A stretch of 22,695 nt of DNA from Azolla caroliniana. Lineage: Eukaryota; Plantae; Polypodiophyta. Below, one piece after another: positions 12,598 through 22,695 of the stretch. Under the pieces are notes generated by a model that saw only the letters and a list, made by a program, of their open reading frames with translations, was not told where the DNA came from and ran no database searches. The DNA lies in NCBI GenBank assembly GCA_043228905.1, contig JBHGNT010000499.1:1-22695 (forward strand), in the 5' to 3' direction. Each line of letters begins with the position of its first letter. Position 1 is the stretch's first letter. The translations under genes and the position numbers were made by a program.

Positions 12598-15378
12598 TTA
12601 TTTCCTTTTAGCTTTGACCTTTTGCCGGCGATTTTTTCCCAACCTTTTATTGTCTTTTCCTTTCTTCATGGCTCCCGCCGGCTTAGGCCTTCTGTACTCG
12701 CTAATATCGGCAGCGCTATCTTTAGTATTAGTTTTTAAACCCTTCTTTTTCCCTCCGAAACCAAACCTTTTATTTTTCATTTTGCGTTTTTCAATGGATT
12801 TTTTCGAAATATTCTTCGAGCCGCCCTTGTTCGAGTTTAAAAAGTCTAAATTTTTGGACGCGCCTCCCTTTTTAAACTTTTTCACTTGATCGATCATTTC
12901 TTTTTTTTCTTGTTGACGTTGCAGTTTGGTCTGAATTTGTAACATTTTTCCCTCTTTTCTTTGCTGTCTTAGTTGCTTCACTCTTTCTGTTCGTTGCTGC
13001 TGCGACTGCTTTTTTATTAAATGTTCTCTGATTTTTTGCATTTGCTCGTCTGTTTTCGCCATTTCGGCGAAATAATCCTCTGGCCTAAAATATAATTAAC
13101 AAATTAGTTTAGTAACTAAGACTCCTAAAGATAAATAAATAAATATATATGTTAAATATACCTAGTTGTCGGCAATCCCAGCTCTTTTAACTTGGGAATA
13201 GTTTCCAGTATGGTCGCCTGCGCCTGTCGATGAAACTGAATCTCCCGTTTAAAATCGTTTAATATTGGATCTTCGCTAGGGGCGAAACGGGGTAGTTTTT
13301 TGTTGTTTTTCAGCTGTGATTCGCGTTTTTGTTCGTGCGCCATCATTTGGGCCGCCAATTCGGGGGCCAAAGGAGCTTGGTCGTTTACGCTGTCCAATCT
13401 TTCGATCCATGGTAGGTTTAGTTTCATTTCTTCCAGTTTGTTTTTGAGACCTTTCTAAAATATTACACGTTATCAAAATCAAATCCAATTTATTATGCTA
13501 ATAGCCACTTGGCTTTACACTCGTCAAAACATTTACACTTTATATGTATAATTAAGGTATATATAATATTTAATAAATTAATTAAAATGACATAAAATTG
13601 TTTCAAATAGACAAAAACATAACTTTACACATCACATCAGATTAAGCACATTCAAATCTTAAAAAAAGAAAGGATTGGAATAAGATGATTTTAAACTCAA
13701 GGAAAAACCTACAAATACTTAAAAATCTGCTTCATTTACATGGTCAGAAGACAAATATTCATTAAAAGAATAGTATGCATTTTTTATAAGGAATACTCTA
13801 ACTTTGTTTTTAAAATTTTTGAAAGGTAAGTTTTTTACTTTATCAGGCAGTTTATTATAAAATTTTATAGACCAGTACCCCTGACCACTCTGACACCTCT
13901 TCAACCTGTAGTGAATTGCACGATTTTACTTTTATTTCGAGTGTTATAGTCATGGAGGTCATCGTGAGTCTGGTATAATTCGTTGTTACTTTTTTACATT
14001 CAATAAGTTGCGGTAAATAAACAGAGATGGCAGTGTCAGGATACCTAGTGACTTAAATGCCTCCCGGCAGTCCTCCCGAAACCCGAGACCAGCCAGCAGC
14101 CTTACTGCCTTCCTCTGCAGTCTGAAAATTCTATAGGTGTCAGCCGAATGTCCCCATACTTCAATCGCATAAGAGAAGTGAGTGTGAAAGAGAGCGAAAT
14201 ATGCTAGTTTCAGGATCTCTGGTGAAACATTATCGGCGAGATTACGCAACAAGAAGAGGCTACTCGCTAGCCTCTTTCCCACTCTGTCAACATGGCCTCC
14301 CCACTGAAGCCTCGGATCCAGACAAACACCCAAGAAGTTGATATCATCCAGATTGTTATCTTTGTGAAGATTTCTCATAGAAAAAAAATATTCTTCTTGT
14401 TTTGTCTTCATTCAATAAGAACCCTCATCTGTGCCGCCATAGAGCCCTCCAGAGCCCCCTCAAAAGTCTTAGACCTAAACGCTACTGTAGTGTCATCAGC
14501 AAAAATGGTGAAGTGTGCCGAGTTGTCGATCATTGGCAGATCGTTTATGTAGACTAGGAAGAGCACTGGTCCCGAAATGGAACCCTGTGGAATCCCTATG
14601 TTGACATAGCTCCTTCCCACCCACCCTGACAATCTGGCATCGATCCTCCAGATATGACCTCAATAGCTCCACACTATCAGGAGAAAAGCCATATGGAGCG
14701 AGCTTCCGGAGAAGGACACCATGGTCGACACAGTCAAAGGCCTTGCTAAGATCACAAAACAGAACGGCGTCGTACTCCAAATTTGTAAAAGCATTTGTTA
14801 TATCCGAGACCAGACTTGAGATTGCTTGCACAGTATTTTTACCCTTTCTAAAACCAAATTGATCCCTTGAGAACAAGTTATATTTTTCGAGAAAATTTAC
14901 AATTCTGTTTACAATACATTTCTCTACAATTTTTGAGATTATAGGTAAAAGTGAGATCGGTCTATAATTTGATGGCATATTTTTATCCCCCTTCTTGTAA
15001 ATGGGAGTAATAATAGCTATTTTAAGGATTGATGGAAAAACGTTTTCTTTAAAACAAAGGTTAATTAGCTTAGTAAGTGGAGCTATGATATTTAGTTAGA
15101 ACAAACATAAAGTTAACAAGTTGTGTTAACTTAAAATTATACATACAAAACTACTTACAACATTGTTAACTAGTTTTCTTGGTGCTTCCTGTACTATATT
15201 CAAACCGGGCTTTAATTTTCCCTCCAATAAAGCATCTTGAAGCTAAAATATTGTTATTTTAAAAATACATTTTTTAATGTGCCCGAATCCCACATGGTGC
15301 CCATGAACTTGATGATATTAAAATAAAACTTACCTCCGCATCACTCTCGCTTATTTCTGAATCGCTAGAATAACTCAT
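12598..15378 (-). CDS. EBNA1BP2: rRNA-processing protein EBP2 (EBNA1BP2 homologue), 4 exons, 302 aa
   Basis: Exons: 15378-15334 (MSYSSDSEISESDAE), 15242-15159 (LQDALLEGKLKPGLN...VNNV), 13454-13162 (KGLKNKLEEMKLNLPWIERLD...NDFKREIQFHRQAQ) and 13084-12598 (RPEDYFAEMAKTDEQMQKIR...KRFGFGGKKKGLK...RLGKNRR). All junctions are GT-AG and in phase, 909 nt in total. These are Ebp2-family motifs. Confidence 0.95.
13473..15094 (-). mobile_element. 5'-truncated, frameshifted non-LTR retrotransposon (LINE): RT domain plus 3' UTR, in EBP2 intron 2 and in the same orientation as EBP2
   Basis: RT motifs fall across broken frames: IITPIYKKGDK, NYRPISLLPIISKIVEK, QFGFRKGKNT, FCDLSKAFDCVDH, GIPQGS..GPVLFLVYINDLP, FADDTT, FLGVCLDPRLQW and FRLQRKAVR. 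The 3' end has AATAAA followed by a short TTTGA-type tail. A candidate TAAC target-site duplication lies at 13469-13472 and 15095-15098. The clade cannot be assigned by eye. Confidence 0.93.
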
Positions 15379-15844
15379 AATTAAAAGATATAATAATATA
15401 GACGCATGTAGTGGTATTTAAAGTTTAAGATTCTCATCAAACAAAAACATCCATACAGCACCGACTGATGGCAATGAGGGTTACTTCTTCTTTTTTTTGT
15501 GACTTTTGGATTAATGACACAACCTAAACCAATAGTAAATAAAAATAAAGTTCTGTATATATACAGTAAGTTTAAAGTTTTTCTGTATTTAAAACATTTA
15601 TTTTCAATAAAAACTCACGCAAAATTTAAGTAATACAGAAACAGAGTTATGAAATAGCTTGCGAATGTTCTGACACGCGTAAGCGTACCATACAATTCTG
15701 ACCATTTATAAAAGAAGAAGATTAATTGTTACGTTACAAGAGGCCATTAGAAAAAGGAAGAGTATGTTTTCAAGTGTTTGTCCTAACCTCTTTTTAATAT
15801 TCTCTAACCTTAAATTTCCTCTGGCTTGCTGTTAATCATAAACC
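15379..15844. promoter_or_regulatory. Putative bidirectional promoter and 5' UTR region shared by EBP2 and BRIX1
   Basis: There are 466 bp between the divergent ATGs (15378 on -, 15845 on +), so both 5' UTRs and promoters must fit here unless distant non-coding exons exist. The region contains ACGCGT, TGTTACGTTACA and several AACCT/TAACCT motifs. Confidence 0.7.
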
Positions 15845-16910
15845 ATGAAACAAGGCACAATGAAAAAAAAAGGGCTGAAAAGAAAATTGGTGGAAGATAT
15901 AGCTCCAGTGCTTAATCCACTGCCAGCAGTTAGGCATTCTGACGAACCCGTAGCGAAAAAGGTAAGATTATTCATCAATAATGCGTGTACACCTGATTCG
16001 CTTATTAATCAATGAAATTAAACGTATTTCCTTATTTTAGAAAAAATGGACAAACAAGCAAAGGGTACTAATTTTCGCCTCGAGAGGAATTAGTCACAGA
16101 GATAGACATTTAATGGAAGACATTAAGAAACTAATGCCCCATCATAAACCGGAATCGAAAATGGAAAGATCAAAAACGTTATCGGTTATAAACGAAATGT
16201 GCGAAATCAAAAACTGCAACAAAGCCGTTATGTTTGAGGGCAGAAAAAAAAAAGATTTATATTTGTGGTTATCCAATGTTCCGGACGGACCAAGCGTAAA
16301 ATGTCTGGTCGAAAATGGTAATTTAAATATTATTCTATTTAGGTATAGGGCTCAATTTCTTTTGGGTCTATAAGCTCGTTATAGATTCATTAATTAAAAT
16401 TTCTTTCTAGTGTCAACTATGGCTGAGCTTAAGTTAACTGGAAATTGCCTCAGAGGTTCGAGACCGCTGTTAAGCTTCGATCCGACGTTCTCTAAAGAGC
16501 CCCATTACAATCTATTAAAAGAGCTCCTGACGCAAGTATTCGGTGTTCCGAACCATCACCCCAAAAGCCAACCGTTCTTCGATCACGTTTACACATTCTC
16601 GATATTAGATAATAGAATATGGTTCAGGAACTTTCAAATTTTATCCGAAGACGGGGCTCTGGCAGAAATAGGACCAAGATTCGTTTTAAATCCTGTAAGT
16701 ATATATTCTTTTTGGTTAATATTAAAAGCTCCATGTTGATACTGAAAAGACCTTTGTTTCTTACAGGTTAAAATATTCTCTGGAAGTTTCGGCGGAGTGC
16801 CGTTATGGGAAAACCCCCACTACATGAGCCCCGCAAAATACAGACAGCAGATACTTCGGGAAGCGAAACATAGATATCTAAATAAGGTTACTCAGAAAGC
16901 CAAGGCTTAA
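15845..16910 (+). CDS. BRIX1: Ribosome biogenesis protein BRX1 homologue (Brix domain), 4 exons, 273 aa
   Basis: Exons 15845-15961, 16041-16317, 16411-16694 and 16767-16910 are in phase, 822 nt in total. Motifs are WTNKQRVLIFASRGISHRDRHLM, FEGRKKKDLYLW, GPSVK, TMAELKLTGNCLRGSRPLLSFD, DNRIWFRNFQI and EIGPRFVLNPVKIFSGSFGG. Confidence 0.96.
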
Positions 16911-16936
16911 TTTTTAATAGAAGTAAATATGTGTAA

Positions 16937-16942
16937 AATAAA
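16937..16942 (+). terminator. Candidate polyadenylation signal of BRIX1
   Basis: AATAAA begins 27 nt after the stop codon and is followed by a T/GT-rich tract (TGTGTTTTATTTT). Confidence 0.5.
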
Positions 16943-17432
16943 AACATTTCTTAAAATACTTTAATGTGTTTTATTTTCTATAACAAAGTGGTGTATTCAT
17001 GTACGCAAGTCCCTTAAAATAGTCCGTTTGGACGAGCCATTTGTCGCAGTGCATGGGGCCCTCTATTAAATAAATCTTGTTTCTAACTTGTCCCTAATTG
17101 ATATTCTTTTATTATGTTGGTTTAAAAATCTTTAAATTATGTGCAGTCTTGTTGGCTTAGCCAAATTTATTTAAAATACAATATACATTAATATTAAAAT
17201 ACTGTTAATCTTGCAACGATACGTCTAATTAGTAAAAGAGTAAAAAATACTTTTCTTCAAAGTATAAACCTAAAAATACTGTTACCCGTTAAACCTAAAA
17301 ACGATTTACATGTTTCTTAATATCAAAGTAAATGCTCTGGAAGAAGACACGACGGTTTAAATTATAGGTAGTCTGAAAATAAGTTAAAATCAAATTCGCG
17401 AGCAGCTTCTTTGGCCTAAAAAATAATAATTT

Positions 17433-19812
17433 TTAGTTTATCGGTTCCAGTTCCGTGTTTCCGTTATTTGTAACGCCCAGATTTTTAATTTCGATTCCGT
17501 CCGGAGCGTCCCCGCTTTGACACATGCATAAATACACTGTGTCGAGCACCATCTAAAATTTAAACAAGAAATTAATAATAAAACTTTAAATAAATGTACT
17601 ATTTCCGCAAACCACACAAACAATTAATGATTTATACATGTAACATTAAACCCCAATAAGGGTGACTTCTTCTTTTTTTTGTGGCCTTTGGATGAAATGT
17701 CTTGGGCATACCTTGACACGCGTAAGCGTACCAAATAATTATGACCATTTAAAAAAGAAGATTTAATGTTACGTTACAAGAGGCTATTAGAGAAAGGAAG
17801 AAAATGTTTTCAATTGTTTTTTCTAACCTCTTTTTTTTAACGACAATGACGTTTATTCGTTTTTTCTTCTGTAAATCCCCTTTGATCAGTATCTTTAGGT
17901 ACAATTTTATAATATGTATAAAACAAAACGAGTAGTTTATTTACCTCGTACAAAGACAGGACGCAATGGGCGACGAAAAAGGCGAAAACGCACACCAATA
18001 AAGTGGGAGCGGCGAAGAAACTGAGTTGCGAATTTTGTCTGAAAATAGCCAAGCCCACAGAACCGGTCACAGCCGTTACGAAACACTTGCCGAGAAACAG
18101 GATGAAATCTCCCAGACTGTTTATCGTTGCCACTTGCAAAGCGTGCGACGTGAGTACTTCGAAAGCCTGAAAGAAATGTTGTTTGAATTATATTGCTGCC
18201 CTAGAAAGACATATTATATTGTCGTATATATAGGAAAAGAATGGGGCTCTAAACTGTATCCTTCAAATTAAGTGTTGAAATAAATAAAGAAGTGAAAACT
18301 TACTGTTCCGGCTGCTTTGCAAAAATTAGATCCATCGATCGCGATGACGGTATAAGCGTTGTGATTTAAATAACGAATAAACTTTTCCAGGCAATAAAAA
18401 CAGCAAATGCAACATTTCAATCCGCACGAGGCGCATTCGCTGCCCTTTTCTTTGTTGCGGTTACACCTGAAAATTATATTAATCGATGACGAATATATAG
18501 CAAAATATTATCATAAATACCTCTCGTGTAAATAAGTAAGTATCAGCCTGGGAATCTTGAAGATGGTGATGATGAGCGAGCCCAAAGCCACCGAGCCCAG
18601 ATGGTATTTAATTAGTTTCCCAATGGAGTAGCAAACGTGGTCGTTGCTTTTGTACTTGTGCCGGTAAAACCAATGAGCGACGGCGCCCGAAATGACCATT
18701 TGCTGGCAGGCCATGATGAATTCCGACGTCCAAATGAGCCCGATGAAATACACCCACCACATTCCTTTGATCCATCTCGCGTCTATGTATTCCACCACGG
18801 TTAATTCTAACAAAAATTAAAAAATTCAATTTGAATATTTTGCAAAATTGATTAAGAGATTGTATCTTCCTTAATCATTGAGATATCGATTTCAAATTTA
18901 AATATGATTTACTTAAATCTACCTATGACCGACTCATATAAACAGATTTAAGCTATGAGTGTTAGTTGTTTTTAAATAACAATTTTTCCAGAGGCCTACA
19001 TCCTTATGCCAGCAGTTTCGTTCCATATTTGACTTTAGACAATCATATCTTACTTAATATTTGAGATATTTATTTCAAATTTTGATATGTTTTACTTTAA
19101 TCTACCCTTAATCAACCCACACAAACAGATCTGAGCTAAACATGTTAGACTTTTTTATATATAGATCTTTTCAAGGGTCTGCATTTTCACCCTAGCAGTT
19201 TCGTCCTATCTTTGTCTTCGAGAGGCCATATCTTCCTTAATCGCCAAGATATTTATTTCAAATTTTGATATAATCTACTTAAATCTACCTGTAATTAACC
19301 TATATTTTCATATTTGAGCTATGAGTGTTATTTTATTTTTTAAAGTAATTTTTCCAGAGGGCTGCAATCTTTTTTACTAAAAGATATTTACTTAAATCTC
19401 TTACCTAAATAAGTGTTAAACGTAATATTTTTGGAGACTTACTGTTTAAAGCTTCCAGAAACGACACGGTAATTTTTTTCGGACTTGTCGTCGGTGTGGT
19501 TATCGGAACGGAGGCTTGAGTGGGCCGGATTCCGGAAATCGCTGCAGTTTCCGGATAACTGGCTGTCGCAAGACATAACTAAAAATCGTTATTATTAGTA
19601 TTATTTCTAGTTTAATATATCTAAATAATAATTAGTTGACTTACCACTACGAATATCCAGAACATAAAGAAGAGGGTTAAAATTATAAATGTTAACAGCG
19701 GTTGGAAGAATAGTCCGGGCAGATGCATTATACACTTGGAAGTTTCTTTGAACAAATCTGCTAGAAAGTCTACTTGTTTTCGCATGAAAATAATAATCGT
19801 TAATATTATTAC
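17433..19812 (-). CDS. Choline transporter-like protein (SLC44/CTL family, CTL1-like), last 6 exons; the 5' part lies beyond the window
   Basis: Exons: 19812-19645 ([27 protein letters not shown]...FQPL), 19578-19443 (LCLATAS...), 18806-18521 ([32 protein letters not shown]...[13 protein letters not shown]), 18466-18304 ([29 protein letters not shown]), 18166-17945 ([16 protein letters not shown]...VLSLYE) and 17552-17433 ([11 protein letters not shown]...*). All are in phase. Confidence 0.93.
17660..17840 (+). repeat. Copy of part of the EBP2/BRIX1 intergenic region inside the last CTL intron
   Basis: 17660-17693 matches 15478-15511. 17714-17840 matches 15671-15797 (TGACACGCGTAAGCGTACCA...TGACCATTTA...TGTTACGTTACAAGAGG...AAAGGAAGA...TGTTTTCAA...CTAACCTCTTTTT). 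Both copies have the same orientation. Confidence 0.9.
18862..19392 (+). repeat. Short, diverged array (~3 units) of the 183-bp satellite in a CTL intron (18807-19442)
   Basis: Degenerate GATATTTATTTCAAATTTTGATAT...AATCTACC...AACAGAT...AGCTATGAG...AGCAGTTTCG motifs recur at a spacing of about 183. Confidence 0.88.
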
Positions 19813-19929
19813 CTAAAAATATACGTAGGATTAGTTCGATAATCAGAGAAATTACCCTCAATTATTAATTTTAATTAATATATAACTGATGTAGGCTACA
19901 AGTTTTTTTAAGATCTCCAATTTTTAATT

Positions 19930-22695
19930 TTTGACTTTGACTTCTTATATCTCCCTTAATCGCTAAGATATTTATATCAAATTTTAATATGATTTACCCC
20001 AATCTACCCTTAATCGACCCACATAAACAAATTTAAGCTATGAGTTTTAGTTTTTTTTATATTTCAATTTTACCAAAGGTCTGCATTCTCACGCTAGCAG
20101 TTTCAATCTATCTTCAACTTTGAACGATCATATCTTTCTTAGTCGCTAAGATATTTGTTTCAAATTTGGATATAATCTACTTGAATCTATTTCCAGTCGA
20201 CCCACATAAACAAATTTAAGCTATGAGCTTTAGTTTTTTTTATATTTCGATTTTTCCAAAGGTCTGCATTCTCACGCTAGCAGTTTCGTTCTATCTTTGA
20301 CTTTGAACGATGATATCTCCCTTAATCGCTAAGATATTTATATCAAATTTTAATATGATTTACCCCAATCTACCCCTAATCGACCCACATAAACAAATTT
20401 AAGCTATGAGTTTTACTTTTTTTTATATTTCGATTTTTCCAAAGGTCTGCATTCTCACGCTAGCAGTTTCGTTCTATCTTTGACTTTGAACGATGATATC
20501 TCCCTTAATCGCCCAAATTTTTATATCAAATTTTAATATGATTTACCCCAATCTACCCCTAATCGACCCACATAAACAAATTTGAGCTATGAGTTTTAGT
20601 TTTTTTTATATTTCAATTTTACCAAAGGTCTGCATTCTCACGCTAGCAGTTTCGTTCTATCTTTGACTTTGAACGATGATATCTCCCTTAATCGCCCAAA
20701 TTTTTATATCAAATTTTAATATGATTTACCCCAATCTACCCCTAATCGACCCACATAAACAAATTTGAGCTATGAGTTTTAGTTTTTTTTATATTTCAAT
20801 TTTACCAAAGGTCTGCATTCTCACGCTAGCAGTTTCGTTCTATCTTTGACTTTGAACGATGATATCTCCCTTAATCGCCCAAATTTTTATATCAAATTTT
20901 AATATGATTTACCCCAATCTACCCCTAATCGACCCACATAAACAAATTTAAGCTATGAGTTTTACTTTTTTTTATATTTCGATTTTTCCAAAGGTCTGCA
21001 TTCTCACGCTAGCAGTTTCCATCCATCTTCGACTTTGAACGATGATATCTCCCTTAATCGCCCAAATTTTTATATCAAATTTTAATATGATTTACCCCAA
21101 TCTACCCCTAATCGACCCACATAAACAAATTTAAGCTATGAGTTTTACTTTTTTTTATATTTCGATTTTTCTGAAGGTCTGCATTCTCACGCTAACAGTT
21201 TCGTTCTACCTTCGACTTTGAAGGATGATATCTCCCTTAATCGCCAAGATATTTATATCAAATTTTAATATGATTTACCCCAATCTACCCCTAATCGACC
21301 CACATAAACAAATTTGAGCTATGAGTTTTAGTTTTTTTTATATTTCGATTTTTCCAAAGGTCTGCATTCTCACGCTAGCAGTTTCAATCTATCTTCAACT
21401 TTGAACGATCATATCTTTCTTAGTCGCTAAGATATTTGTTTCAAATTTGGATATAATCTACTTGAATCTATCTCCAGTCGACCCACATAAACAAATTTAA
21501 GCTATGAGTTTTAGTTTTTTTATATTTCGATTTTTCCAAAGGTCTGCATTCTCACGCTAGCAGTTTCGTTCTATCTTTGACTTTGAACGATGATATCTCC
21601 CTTAATCGCCCAAATTTTTATATCAAATTTTAATATGATTTACCCCAATCTACCCCTAATCGACCCACATAAACAAATTTAAGCTATGAGTTTTAGTTTT
21701 TTTTATATTTCAATTTTACCAAAGGTCTGCATTCTCACGCTAGCAGTTTCGTTCTATCTTTGACTTTGAACGATGATATCTCCCTTAATCGCCCAAATTT
21801 TTATATCAAATTTTAATATGATTTACCCCAATCTACCCCTAATCGACCCACATAAACAAATTTAAGCTATGAGTTTTAGTTTTTTTTATATTTCAATTTT
21901 ACCAAAGGTCTGCATTCTCACGCTAGCAGTTTCGTTCTATCTTTGACTTTGAACGATGATATCTCCCTTAATCGCCCAAATTTTTATATCAAATTTTAAT
22001 ATGATTTACCCCAATCTACCCCTAATCGACCCACATAAACAAATTTAAGCTATGAGTTTTAGTTTTTTTATATTTCGATTTTTCCAAAGGTCTGCATTCT
22101 CACGCTAGCAGTTTCGTTCTATCTTTGACTTTGAACGATGATATCTCCCTTAATCGCCCAAATTTTTATATCAAATTTTAATATGATTTACCCCAATCTA
22201 CCCCTAATCGACCCACATAAACAAATTTAAGCTATGAGTTTTAGTTTTTTTTATATTTCAATTTTACCAAAGGTCTGCATTCTCACGCTAGCAGTTTCGT
22301 TCTATCTTTGACTTTGAACGATGATATCTCCCTTAATCGCCCAAATTTTTATATCAAATTTTAATATGATTTACCCCAATCTACCCCTAATCGACCCACA
22401 TAAACAAATTTAAGCTATGAGTTTTACTTTTTTTTATATTTCGATTTTTCCAAAGGTCTGCATTCTCACGCTAGCAGTTTCGTTCTATCTTTGACTTTGA
22501 ACGATGATATCTCCCTTAATCGCCCAAATTTTTATATCAAATTTTAATATGATTTACCCCAATCTACCCTAATCGACCCACATAAACAAATTTGAGCTAT
22601 GAGTTTTACTTTTTTTTATATTTCGATTTTTCTGAAGGTCTGCATTCTCACGCTAGCAGTTTCGTTCTATCTTTGACTTTGAACGATGATATCTC
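19930..22695 (+). repeat. Second large 183-bp satellite array (at least 15 copies, running off the window end), distinct subfamily, presumably within a CTL intron
   Basis: GGTCTGCATTCTC at 20078 and 20261 gives a period of 183. The diagnostic variant is GATGATATCTCCCTTAATCGCCCAAATTTTTATATCAAATTTTAATATGATTTACCCCAATCTACCCCTAATCGACCCACATAAAC. Confidence 0.96.

Noticed and set aside
12237-12889. ORFs 12237-12506 (-) and 12569-12889 (+)
   Set aside because: These are Phe/Leu-rich translations of an AT-rich intergenic or UTR stretch and of the antisense strand of the Lys-rich EBP2 exon.
13719-14978. Reverse transcriptase as a retron, DGR or domesticated RT gene
   Set aside because: The motifs are those of non-LTR retrotransposon ORF2. 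The copy is 5'-truncated, split over at least four frames and contains stops.
15243-16410. Intronic snoRNAs in EBP2 or BRIX1 introns, since ribosome-biogenesis genes often host them
   Set aside because: The introns are only about 70-95 nt. I found no sense-strand RTGATGA...CTGA pair with a terminal stem and no H/ACA double hairpin. The TGATGA at about 15310 is antisense to EBP2. An Infernal/Rfam scan would settle this.

Overview
AT-rich eukaryotic genomic DNA with short GT-AG introns, probably insect and possibly beetle (inferred from protein style and intron sizes). It is not prokaryotic, so the ORF track shows exon fragments. Four spliced genes can be rebuilt by hand. (1) A PRDM10-like PR/SET-domain gene with 13 C2H2 fingers (+, 1119-12089, 13 exons) has one clear and two probable 1-nt frame breaks in its 5' half. 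(2) EBP2/EBNA1BP2 (-, 15378-12598) lies head-to-head with (3) BRIX1 (+, 15845-16910), 466 bp apart; their yeast orthologues are partners on nucleolar pre-60S particles. (4) The 3' part of an SLC44/CTL choline transporter-like gene (-, 19812-17433) has upstream exons beyond the window. About 40% of the window is one 183-bp satellite family in four intronic arrays, with array-specific variants and signs of exchange between arrays. A 5'-truncated, frameshifted non-LTR retrotransposon sits in EBP2 intron 2, apparently inserted at the branch point. Part of the EBP2/BRIX1 intergenic region is duplicated in the last CTL intron. I see no CRISPR array or novel prokaryotic-type system.
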